This document shows, one piece after another, positions 32,901 to 42,755 of a DNA stretch of 64,000 bases. The notes under the pieces are model-generated. The model was given only the letters and a program-made list of their open reading frames with translations. It did not search any database and was not told where the DNA came from. A program made the position numbers and the translations under genes. This DNA comes from Plasmodiophora brassicae (Eukaryota): positions 496,001 to 560,000 of the forward strand of contig CP145417.1 in the NCBI GenBank assembly GCA_036867785.1, written 5' to 3'. Within the stretch, counting starts at the first letter, position 1; each line of letters starts with the position of its first letter.

Positions 32901-35217
32901 TTGATACTGAGGGGCGGAGTTCATTCCCCCCTGCATCGACCTCGTTGGCTTATACACCCCCTTATCTGTCATGAAGGAGAAGATCTCCTGACACGCTTCA
33001 TCCAGCGGCATCATCCAGAAGCCTTTGAACGCGTCTAGCTTAAACCAGAACCTCGAGCCTGCCAGGTTCCTCAGTATCGCCTCCTGATGTGGCATAGGCC
33101 ACGCCACGGCGACACATTTGGCATTAACAGCTCTGAGATCAACACAGAACCGCTTTCCGCCCCCTGGCTTCGTCACCACCACCACCGGTGAAGCCCACTT
33201 CGCGTTGTAGTTTTCAACGACTAGGCCATACTTCTTCAATTGGGCGACGAATTCCTCCATGAAAGCACTGTCCTCCATACTGTACTTTCTGGCTCGGCAC
33301 CTGTAAGGTTCCGCATCCGGTTTCAGCTCCGTGACAAATGGTGTAACCCTGGCTGGACCATCAGGTCCAATGCTCATACGCCAAACGTCCCTATATCTTC
33401 TGACGAGTTTCCGAAGCGATTTCCCCATCGCTTGCGGTAGGCCATTCCTCAATGCGCGCTCGACCATCCCGTCCATCTCCCTTTCCAGGGAGTCTGTGGA
33501 ATCGGTTCCGATCCTCACATCCTCTGTTTCCTCTTCCTCCCCTTCCCAGAGAGGTGGCATCTCGTTTGCCATATTGTGCACTTCATCCATGACGTCATTC
33601 CCCTTCTTCGGCGTGCTCTTAATGAGTACGTCCAGGGCCTTCTTTGGGTGGATACCCAAGTCGTCCAACAGCCTCTCCCCTAGGATTATTTCCTTTTCAG
33701 GAATGTCCCATACAAGGCATCGGCGCCGGCGAGTGATCAGTTCGCCTGCCGTCGTCGTCAGTCCCAGATCCAGTATCATCACATGGTAGGCTGTGTGCTT
33801 CGTTTCTCGGTCTACCAGACAGAACGTTTCCGGCTTCTGGAGGTTCTCCATTGTTAACAATGGGTCCCGCTCCATTAGCTCGCGCGCTATGGTCAATGGC
33901 ATCAGAACGTCAACCGATGTCGCTCCACTGTCCAGAACCCCAACGTAGTCTTCCTCATGTCCGTTTACACGAACGACTACTTGGTCCCCTGTCCTCTGCG
34001 CCCCCTCCGACACTCTTCCTACCACTGGAAGCCATGGGTACTCTGACAAGTCGTCATCTTTATCAGATTTGGCCTTACGGGGTCCATCCCTTCCCGTTGG
34101 CCCCTTGCGGCGATCCTTCAGCAGGTCTGCGACCTGCTTCTTGGTAGGCTTCTTCGGGCAACGAAACGCTGGATGTCCAACCTCGTCACAGTTGAAACAT
34201 CGCAGGTCCTTCCGGTGTCGTTTCGTGTCCCGGCCTCCATCGCCTCCTTCATCCGTCTGCGCCCCTCGCTTCTTTGGGGTGGGTTTGACCTTTCCCTTCC
34301 CCTTGCCATCCTCACGTCCCGGCTCCATGTACAACATCGTCTCCTCATACGATGCAGCCCGTTCCTTCAGCACCCGATAGAATTCCAAAGGGTCCTTCTG
34401 GAGATCGGTCTGGCGCTTCATGACGAGGGTCCGCATGAGCGCTTGTAAACCGGATGGGCGCACAGCACCCAGTAGGTACTTGACCAGGTTCTTCCGTCCC
34501 TCGCGGGACGTGAAGAGGTCCTGCCACCCGTTGCGCGCGACCAATTCCTCGTACTGCTGCACGAGGTTCACGACCCTTGCCGCTGGTGTGGTGATGGTCA
34601 GCTTCATCGCCAGCTTCCGCATCTCCCGGTCGATGTTCGCGTCCGTCGAGCGATCCTGCTCCAGATGCCTCTTCATCCAGTCCATCAGGTCGCTCTCCGT
34701 CACCCCCTCGGCGTCCTTGCCGAGTTCCCACTTGCAGATCGCCCTGAGCAGACCGGGGTCGATCATACTCCTCACTGACCGCGGGATCTGGCCCTTGGCG
34801 TTCGGATCGTCCCGGAAGTGATTCCGATACGTCTTCAGCTCGGCCATGAACGTCGTGACGGCCTTGCGGTCCATGCTTTTCAAGGTCGGCGCCTTGTTCA
34901 TCTGCAGGACGATCGTTGAGCCTTGCACGCTCTGTCCTTGTTGTCGATCATCGACGTCATCTTCCAGCAGCATCTCCTGCGCGGTGGCCACCATCGCGTC
35001 CTTCTTTGAAACCTTCCCCGAAAGGATGTTCAAGAGATCTCTGTGACGTCCCAACGGTGATGGTATATCAGCCGTGTAGTATAATCGTCTGTGTCCCCGA
35101 CCTGCAGCTCCCACGGACGCCGTGCGGACTCCGTGCGCACTCCGTGCATGTCCGTCATTCTTAGGGCGGCCTAGCCGGATCACAGCTATTCTTGTCTTAT
35201 AGCTTGGAGCCGGCACA
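29953..35217 (-). mobile_element. Ty3/Gypsy chromodomain LTR retrotransposon 2, intact
   Basis: 176-bp LTRs 29953-30128 and 35042-35217 (identical by eye); 4-bp TSD CTAT at 29949-29952 and 35218-35221; PPT gaaggaggggaa at 30140-30129. Confidence 0.95.
30327..34994 (-). CDS. Gag-Pol polyprotein with chromodomain
   Basis: Likely ATG 34994. CFNCDEVGHPAFRC, LDSGA, LDAFKGFW, IWIDD, RNase H, HHCC integrase D..SD..NGSIE, WKGF..DSWEP. Confidence 0.93.
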   Translation of the reverse strand: MVATAQEMLLEDDVDDRQQGQSVQGSTIVLQMNKAPTLKSMDRKAVTTFMAELKTYRNHFRDDPNAKGQIPRSVRSMIDPGLLRAICKWELGKDAEGVTESDLMDWMKRHLEQDRSTDANIDREMRKLAMKLTITTPAARVVNLVQQYEELVARNGWQDLFTSREGRKNLVKYLLGAVRPSGLQALMRTLVMKRQTDLQKDPLEFYRVLKERAASYEETMLYMEPGREDGKGKGKVKPTPKKRGAQTDEGGDGGRDTKRHRKDLRCFNCDEVGHPAFRCPKKPTKKQVADLLKDRRKGPTGRDGPRKAKSDKDDDLSEYPWLPVVGRVSEGAQRTGDQVVVRVNGHEEDYVGVLDSGATSVDVLMPLTIARELMERDPLLTMENLQKPETFCLVDRETKHTAYHVMILDLGLTTTAGELITRRRRCLVWDIPEKEIILGERLLDDLGIHPKKALDVLIKSTPKKGNDVMDEVHNMANEMPPLWEGEEEETEDVRIGTDSTDSLEREMDGMVERALRNGLPQAMGKSLRKLVRRYRDVWRMSIGPDGPARVTPFVTELKPDAEPYRCRARKYSMEDSAFMEEFVAQLKKYGLVVENYNAKWASPVVVVTKPGGGKRFCVDLRAVNAKCVAVAWPMPHQEAILRNLAGSRFWFKLDAFKGFWMMPLDEACQEIFSFMTDKGVYKPTRSMQGGMNSAPQYQGRMFEVFGELMFHKLIIWIDDLMGHAQREDDWFRTLERTLMLAERHSIKFNVEKCELFTTEVRFCGRIFTPEGVRHDPARIEALMAIPQPRTARDLQQFLMATQWMSRSIPEYNRKVHLLQRIYEDAMKDQPGRTKAIARRVRLCKYGWSPEHALAFEKLKMAVADTVQLAYPRKDRIQCLFSDANEVNSAAVVTQIPPEDLGKPVHGQRHEPLGFVGHKFAGPERNWSTVEKEGFAIKDGIDKLDYLVTTNEQFRLFTDHRNLVRIFSPTDVSKPTAQKLQRWALDIQRVNYVIEHIAGEDNVWSDLMTRWGAPDGGPDDQHLEVRTIRRITLQIEDGYRVRPLQRKEFQWPTVDEIRKAQRKWLRGTKRPKNGDDLFVTGKGQVIIPDECNELKLQLCAIAHAGGNSGHLGLKASLRKLGEFCHWAHCDEDMRTFCNACLNCLPTRGGVRIPRPLGTAVHGVRPNQVIHLDWLYMMAAQKGGRHDLQWNLIIRDDLSGMVKITPDHTPNAETTVEALLEWRAIFGTFELMVSDMASCFLANVVKELARRCGFAHHPTVAYGHYSNGSIEVINRNYLQLVRALLSELQWDKYDWPWLNHNIEHTINHRSQARTNGNAPVTVMMGRPPDNPLKQVFKRPGDEKYGEATLSKEHIQELVMQLQTSLNEMHKGAVQQSKKIRAVHRKRSDAYRRATAPNFQIGDYVLIGLPEPGKVPGKKLFMKWRGLYQITDSHENCTYEVRNMFNETDTRTVHGDRVRLYEHGKVNATEELKRQMDYDNERFAIEVFKDCRHSPETGELELLIGWKGFSEAEDSWEPICRLAMDVPKLVKAHAARMRKEKHHLADEVKELLKAEGVQ

Positions 35218-35221
35218 CTAT

Positions 35222-35690
35222 GTCGTGACCATTCCGTCCAAATTCCCGTGCCAGGCCGCCCAGCTGTCTCAACTGCTGCAGTCCGTACGTTGAAGCAAAC
35301 ATGTCGCTCCCTGATAACCATTTCAAGCATTTCGACCAGGGGTCTGATTCCTGGTACAGCGGTCAAGTTACAACCTGGTCGAAATGCTTGAAATGGTTAT
35401 CAGGGAGCGACATGTTTGCTTCAACGGACTGCAGCAGTTGAGACATGTACAGCTGGGCGGCCTGGCACGGGAATTTGGACGGAATGGTCACGCCATAGCA
35501 GCGCCAGCTCACGGTTATAGGAAGTCAGGTTGCGTCGTACGAATAATTGCTGTAGGTCGTCAGGAATGTCGGCAACGGTTCGACCCCTGGTCGAAATGCT
35601 TGAAATGGTTGTCAAGGAGCGACATCCCTTTTATCATGTTTGCTTCAACGGACTGCAGCAGTTGAGACAGCTGGGCGGCCTGGCACGGGA
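35222..35690. repeat. Foldback inverted duplication inside the Helitron remnant
   Basis: 29869-29952 plus 35222-35340 is inverted at 35374-35578 around a ~33 nt loop; a third copy of one segment lies at 35582-35690. Confidence 0.85.
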
Positions 35691-37329
35691 TGTTGCCCTG
35701 GAGTTCAGTTCGAACGCCGGCGTTGTACGCAGGTTTCGCAGGGGCGTACGTACAATGGGGCCAGCAGTACCAGCGAGGCCGCAATGGTAATACCGATCAT
35801 GGACATCGGCCAACGCTATGCGCATGTTATCCAGCTTCGACAGTCTGATCTGCCGGCATCATCGCATGACCGGCATCTCCGTATACCGGACTGGTTCAGA
35901 CCCCATCATCTCCGTATACTGGACTGGACAGACCCCTTTTTGGACCCATGGCAGGTTCTTCCCGCTGCTCCACTGGCCGCGTACGCGGCCCGCGCCGTCA
36001 TAACCATGGACTGAGGCGTTCACTATCTGTCCATGCTGTACAGGTCAGCTGTGGATGCTGCTGTTGCCCCCCCCCCCCCCCCCCTGAGCCAATCCATTAA
36101 CGAAAATCGAGCTGAGATTAAGAGATGATATCCATTCGGCACAAGTGCAATATGCATTTCTATAATAAACGCTTAATTGTTAGGTTAAATGCATCAGGAC
36201 ACTGTTGCGACCTTGAGTTCGCAGTCCGTGGCGGAGTTCGTAGCTGACTGACCTATCTGGCTTTGCGGACATTCCGGACATTCTCACGGTGTTGCCGTGG
36301 CAGTTCACGGACTACTAAATTCATTCTGTTATTGTCCTGCCATTGTCCACGTGTCCCTGTTTCAATTTGCATGGTGCATATGTGACGAATGGATATCATT
36401 TCTTAATTTTCTATACCATATGATTGTGACGAATGAACATATTTTCGGAATATCGATGGCGACGCCCCTCGCCACCTAAAAACTGGATCCCCTCGCCCCC
36501 TGTAATTACCCTGTTCCTGCCGTTAGAGCACGACTTGAACATACGTCACTCTGCTGCCGCACGAACCGGACGAGTTACACACGCATTCCCGCAGTCTAGA
36601 CTGACTGTACCTCACATCCGCGAATGGAAAGTCACGCTCGCATTCTAATAGGTTCATGTGGGCTGGTGTGTCAGCAATACCAAGGTGCGGGAATACAGTT
36701 GGATTGTCATCCCGGACGACGATACATGGTTGTTGTCGTGCCAGTCCCCCGGCCTCCCATGTGTGCCTTTGTATCATATGTACAGCATAGCAGCACCTAT
36801 GATGTTGTTCACGGTCATCACCCCCTGTCATGGCACGGCCGCCGAGACCGCCGATCACTTGCCGGACATGCGCAGTTCCCGTCAGACCAGTCGTGTGCTT
36901 CCAAGAATAGACCGCGGACTTCCGGAGCCCGTCGCGGACTCCGGAGACACAGTGGAGGGCGTGAGGCCAGACGGCCCGAAATAAAGAAGACTGACAATAG
37001 TCACCAGAGAGAGACAGTTGACGTCATAGACTGAGAGGCTATCAGCAGACAGCCAGAGAGCTCAGTTAGCTTCTCACCGGGAACGTCTCGAAGCTTGAAG
37101 GACGTCACAGCCTTCGACAACGTTCGGCGTTTCGGCACCACTGGCATCACGACACGTCGGTTGCATAGGCCTGTGCCAGAACGGCCAGCACAGCGGTTTA
37201 TGGATCGTCGAAAACCACACTGCTTATCGCAGGCAGGTCAACCGGTGCTGCCGGAAATCACTACAAACGTCGGAGGCGGTGGGTGCGGGAAAGCAGTACT
37301 GCAGATGGTAAACATCGGGGATGAGATAA

Positions 37330-39010
37330 ACTCAGCCGGATCCATCGACGTTTGCACGCTTCGGCGACGTGCTCTTCTGTTGTTCGCACTGGGCGTCCGC
37401 GCCCTGCGTCGAAGCGAGGTTGTCACGGTCGGTGGACACCAGCTTGCCCGCGTGGTCGTAGACGACGCTCAGCGGTCGCGCCCCGGGTCTCTGTAGGTGA
37501 GCGCGCACGTCATCGCCGTCGGCGACGTTGTGTACGGTCTCACCATCGCACAAGAAGTACTGCTTCGTCTGCGCGTAGCGACTCTCCTCGCTCAAACAGA
37601 TGGCCACGAGCTTGCGTTGCCCGGCGGCCTGCGATGGCAAGCTGATGGCGAGGCCGCACAGTTGCAGCAGAGTCTCGCCGAACAGGAACTTGACGGGGCA
37701 ATCCACCTGTCAAAGTCGCACAGCTCGGGTCACTTTGCCGTTGTCGATCGATGAAAGCGTAAGCTTACCCTCAGGGCGTTGCCGGAATGGTCGGCATCCG
37801 TCCAGTGCATTGCAATGACGACCGTCCTGGACCACCGGGACGCCAGGGAGCTGGTGTAGGCCTCTGCTCGAGTGTGTCGAGTTTTTGTGAGCAAGTCGAG
37901 CAGACTATGTCGTGCTCAGAGATGGGCAGTTTGCCCAGTAGGTCATTCACGGACACGGTCGTCGACGATGAGCGCCCGAACATGGACATCAAGTTGAACA
38001 GCGGTACCGTCTGACCGTGTTGTCGTTCGGTCTGCGACAACCCATTCACTGGACCGAAAATAAATTCATTCGCAATACAAAACTCCGCCTATTGCCGATG
38101 TACCCAGATATGATACATTGACGATATAGAACGATGTACCCTGTCTGCGCAGTCCAGTAGGTTGAAGCCATATATAACTGCATTCCGACTGCGCGGCGCA
38201 ATACATCCCCGACATGTAGATCTGTACTCAGGATGCACTGCGTAATACGTCGCAGGACATCCGATCGCTGACAGCTGTATCGACAATGTATGGGCTGAAT
38301 ACTTGTTCTGTATCCGACCACGATACATTGTGAGTACGAATGCCATTTTTCCAAGACTTCTGAAACGAATGGATTCGCGTACTGTATTCACATTTCACAG
38401 CTCAGAATTTTCGGTGACAATACCATCGTCCCTTGCCGCTCGACGGGAGCGTCATTGCCGTGCTAGATGCCGCCGGATCCAATTGCCGACGTGACGCGGC
38501 AAGTCGACCTTGGTGGAGAGCGTTACGTTGTCGAACATCGGGCACTGGAGTGCTATTTCACTTCGCAGCACTTCCAGGAAGCAAAACCATTCTTGCGGAA
38601 GGCCCTGTTGCAGCAGCAGACCGACACAGCGGTCAACGATTCCAACGTCCGCGTTGACAGCGATGCCGTGGTCGTCCATCATCAAGCTCGGATGATCGAC
38701 AAGGCACGCTTTCTGCCTCTTGACAGGGCTCTTGTTGCTTGTTGAGATGCCTGAGGCGAGCCGTCGATGCTTGAGCTCATTTTGGATGACTGTAACGCAT
38801 CCCAATTAGAAGCAAGGCCGACATGGCACGCTTAACCGAACTTACAGATTTTGATTTCTTCGAACGGAAACGTCTCAGCAACGGCCTGCTCGATCTGGTG
38901 TTCCTCCACAAGCCATTGCTGTACCCGTCTTGGCAACTCCTTTTTAGTAGACAAGGCCACAACATCTGCCAGCTTGTGGTCCAGGACCAACCTGACAACG
39001 GAACATGTCA
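37330..39010 (-). other. Unassigned spliced ORF fragments (one with CxxC)
   Basis: ORFs 37332-37706, 37771-38049, 38452-38805 and ~38830-39010 read as plausible exons; no family recognised. Confidence 0.25.
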
Positions 39011-40129
39011 AATTTGTTGCAAACGAGATATAGATTCTACATACTGCCTCAACGTTTCCTTGCACAAGAGAAATTGAACGCGCCCCGAGTCGTTTCTCTG
39101 GCGGACACCTTTGCCGAGAAATGACTGCAGGTGAGCCTGGATCAATAGACGGTCCAGTCTTTGCACTGCCGCTGCCGCCATTCCCATGTTTTTCCCTCAC
39201 TGCTAAAGGAAGACCATTCAAACGTATGATAGTGCGATCGTGTGTCGTCGGTGCAACCTTTCTTCCCGATCGGACACGGGTGGTGAAAAGACAGTTGATT
39301 CGGAGGAGACGCAGCCAGGCCGTCACGACGAGACTGCTTGTCTTCGTCTTCCAGGGACGCGATTGGCGAAGGCGGAACCCCGGCTGGCGCGGCTCGAACG
39401 CGACTTCGCGAACGTCCGCCTGCCGGCGAGAAGATGCGGGCGCCATCGACGTCGTACGGTAGTCCTTTCAAATAACGCGCCTCCGCGGCCTCCTCCGCCC
39501 TCGCGGATGTTGTCGGAGTCCGTGATCCACTCAATATTAGGGCGAACCTCAATATACCGCAGCACGCGCACGACATGGCAATGTTTTCGATGTTTAAAGA
39601 CACCATTTTCCGGCGCAACCCATGGCCGTGACGGTACGATGTGGTTGCCTGGGTGACTCACGTGCCGGCGTCTGCCCCGATGGGGCGGAGATCGATGGGT
39701 TCAGTCTCGTGACAGTACAGTGCTTCCCGGTGCAGGTCGAGCCTATGCGACGTGGCACTACGAGGCACCGCGTATCGATGTCACCCCCCAAACGCAACGT
39801 CCGCCACCGCGCGACCGCGTCCGATTCCAGTCGTCTGTGGCCGCCAACGAATTCGTCGCGCTCACCATGGGATCCACGAGTTCCCTCGCGCCGGGATTCG
39901 TTACCATCCGGGGATGGTAACCAGGTGCCGCTGCATCTCAACCGCGGAGGGTTGTCCCCACCCTATGACAGTGATGTCAGGGGAGCACCGTCACTTGACG
40001 ACAACCCGCAAGGGCGCCCCCCCGTTGGCGGTATACCGCGACACTCTGGAAGCGCGGCCCTACTAGTCTTCGTAATGATGAAGACGACGGCTGAACCCCG
40101 CTGGAAAGCACCGACGAGGACGGCAGGTG

Positions 40130-41180
40130 CTCCTCAGATAGCGTTGCAGTTTCGCCGCTGTCTGACAAAGCTCGAGATGCTGCCGCCCGTTTCGTTTTAC
40201 AATATCAGTAAGTTGATCGACTGGACTCTGCTCTCAGGCAGACAACTTATGGGAGCGTCACTGTAGGTGCCTTCCTTTAAGTCCACGTTCCCGATATATA
40301 GTGTCAAGTACGTCGGTCCAGGTCGCGGCTTTGTCTGGACTTCCCCTATAGAATGATGGATCGACAAGGGGGCAGCCAAGGAACATTTCCGCAAATTACC
40401 AGATAACGTCAGCTGCGGTGAGGCTGAGGTAATCAACGCATGCATCTAATTGGTCCCTTTGGCGATATGTCTGTTGATAGCCGTTACTCTCCTCAGGTGT
40501 GGCCGTAGTTCGGAATACTCCTGCAATCATGGGAATCCTCTCGTGTTTGGGCAAATGCGATATTCTGGCATGGATGTGGCGGCGAACATTATGTCGTTGG
40601 AATTCCCCGAACATCAGGCGAAACCCTTCATCTTATCACTGGACATTCGATGCTGGATCCATCAACCTTGTCACACAAGGACTGGCAAGCGTTCAAGGAA
40701 CATCCATGGGCTCTGCACTACCTGGAGGCATGCAGTAGGTTCGCTGAAACGACGGTCGCGCGAGTCGGTAACTATGACGAAGTGACAGGCGCTATCGACG
40801 TCTTTGACGAGTTCTGTCATGATAGTTACGGCTGCTGTCTACTTCCATCAAATGCCACAACCTTCCAAAGTGTGAAGTTCGGTACGATTGCTCTTTATAT
40901 TGCACCCACCTATAGTTACTAACGCATGCATCGTCCAGGACATGTAAGGTGGCAGGCGCGACATGGCCGTCATTCGACAACCGACAACGATTACGTTGCG
41001 GCATTCGTTGATACAAACGGGGACGTGCACTTAGGAGCAATCAACGAAGTACTTCGCATCGAGATGCCGCTGGCGCCGCCGCGTTTAGCGATACAATCGC
41101 TAACGCTTGAATTATTCCACTGCAGCGGTAAAGCACGGCGCCACCTGGTTGACTCCTTGATTCACCATTTGCTATGATTG
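40130..41180 (+). pseudogene. CACTA/En-Spm transposase C-terminal remnant
   Basis: CLTKLEMLPPVSFYNI resembles LEMIFPPSFFD; GP..WTSPIE resembles GPV..WMYPFER; later DNDYV..GAINEVL. Contains stops and frameshifts. Confidence 0.55.
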
Positions 41181-42755
41181 AGCAGATGGTTGGGACATGA
41201 TCTCGTGTCCGATTGCCGCCCCCCATTCCTGCGTCGTCACTCTAGACAAGGACCGTGTACTTGCTACGCATCGCCTGCAGGATAGCCCGATGTTCCCCAT
41301 CGTGCATGCTGTCCGTTGTAACGTTGCTCGGCCTAGTGCCTAGTCATCTGCCAGCGAGTCGGCGACGACGTCGTCAACGATAGCGAGGCCGCCTCAGCTG
41401 TTCCTTTTGTATGCCTTCTCTTGAGAGCAAACGCTATTCCCCTCGCGTTGGTGTCAACCAGCTACTGACTATAAACAATGTGGACATGTGCTACTAAAGC
41501 ATGTTAAAGACCATCCGGACTCTGCGATATGCTGTATTGGCAATGAATGCAATCAGATACACTGGCAATATGTTTGGCAGATATATCACCAATGTATCGA
41601 ACCTTGGAATACAGTGGCGATACAAGGCCTCGCGGATGTATCCGCGCTGAATCCATTTTCGGCCCAGTGAATTGCACCTCGTGCATTTGGAGACCAGGAC
41701 GTGATCGAAATGCAACAGATCTTCCATGATGGAGCGCCAGCCAGACCGACCAGGTCCGCATCGTCCGGCTTCCGGTCGACCATGACCCGGCATCCGGCGC
41801 GCTCGAACGCGTCGACGTCTGCGGAGCGCTCGTGGGTGTACACCCGCACTTCTAATAGCGATATCACGTGCTTGAAACGGTTGGACGAATCATTTGTACT
41901 TTTACTAACTTGTGCGGTTTGGACAGGTGACGGTGCTGGATCCTACGCCCCTGGCTCCAAGGATACACCCTGGCAGGCGCTCTGCGAAATCGTCCCGAAT
42001 AATGTCGTACTCGTGCGAGCTGTTATGGCACGGCCGCGACGGGGGTCGCGCAGCCGCGCAGTTTGAATAAACGTCCACGGCAACCGACGGCTTCGGCAGT
42101 CGGTTCACAGGCGGCAACATAAATTAGACGCGAATCTGGTCTGCATAATTCCGCGTGGCAACATGACAGGAGCGACCCTGTCAACTACGGTCCCTGGAGA
42201 CGACGCTGCCTGTTGGTGCCTGAATGCTCCCGGCCGTAGGCATCCCCTACCTTACCAACGTTCAATTGCAGCTCTCTAACTGTGTTGCCCAGGTACACGT
42301 CACAGGTGACCGTGCAAACACAGTCGTCCGCGTCCGCAACGTCTTTCTCTGACCGTCAGCCAATACACTGCCAGTTTCTTTTGGTGTTGCGCGTTTCGGT
42401 TCGTCGCGATGGAAGCCGAGGCACACTGCTCTCATCACACTTGCCGTCACGTATGGAGGACGGACGTCAACGCCAGTTGGAGAGGGTCGCCGTGTTGGAG
42501 CCAGCCCGACGGGACATCTGCGCGTGCGCGTCGACCTCGGTGCTGCGCACGCACGATGAGCGAATGAGGCCGTTCCTGGAGCGTCCGAGCGACATGTAAG
42601 TCATCCAGGGTTGCGTGATTTCGGGACCAGACCCGACTCCACGTCTTCCATAGTCCCGTCAGTTTGCGAGCCACGTACAACGCGCGTGTTCTCGGAGAGG
42701 CTGCTCGCTCCACGGACTTGGCCATTGCGCATTCCGCAACGCATCATCATCATCA

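Larger units (their letters stand above)
29740..35840 (+). pseudogene. Decayed Helitron Rep/helicase N-terminal region, interrupted by Gypsy 2 and a foldback
   Basis: Frameshifted CTHCQARKFP-NESITCC..LPPLP-IPDDLQQLF..YN, then VEMLEMVI.. and RTYN..SEAAMVIP resemble Helitron N-terminal motifs; no Rep or helicase core seen. Confidence 0.6.

Noticed and set aside
34995-35366. N-terminal extension of the Gypsy 2 ORF through the LTR
   Set aside because: It crosses the TSD into flanking DNA from a non-ATG start; a chance open frame.
37259-41338. CACTA...TAGTG termini for the En/Spm remnant
   Set aside because: CACTA (37259, ~39756) and TAGTG (41334-41338) share no TIR beyond 5 bp and no TSD was seen.
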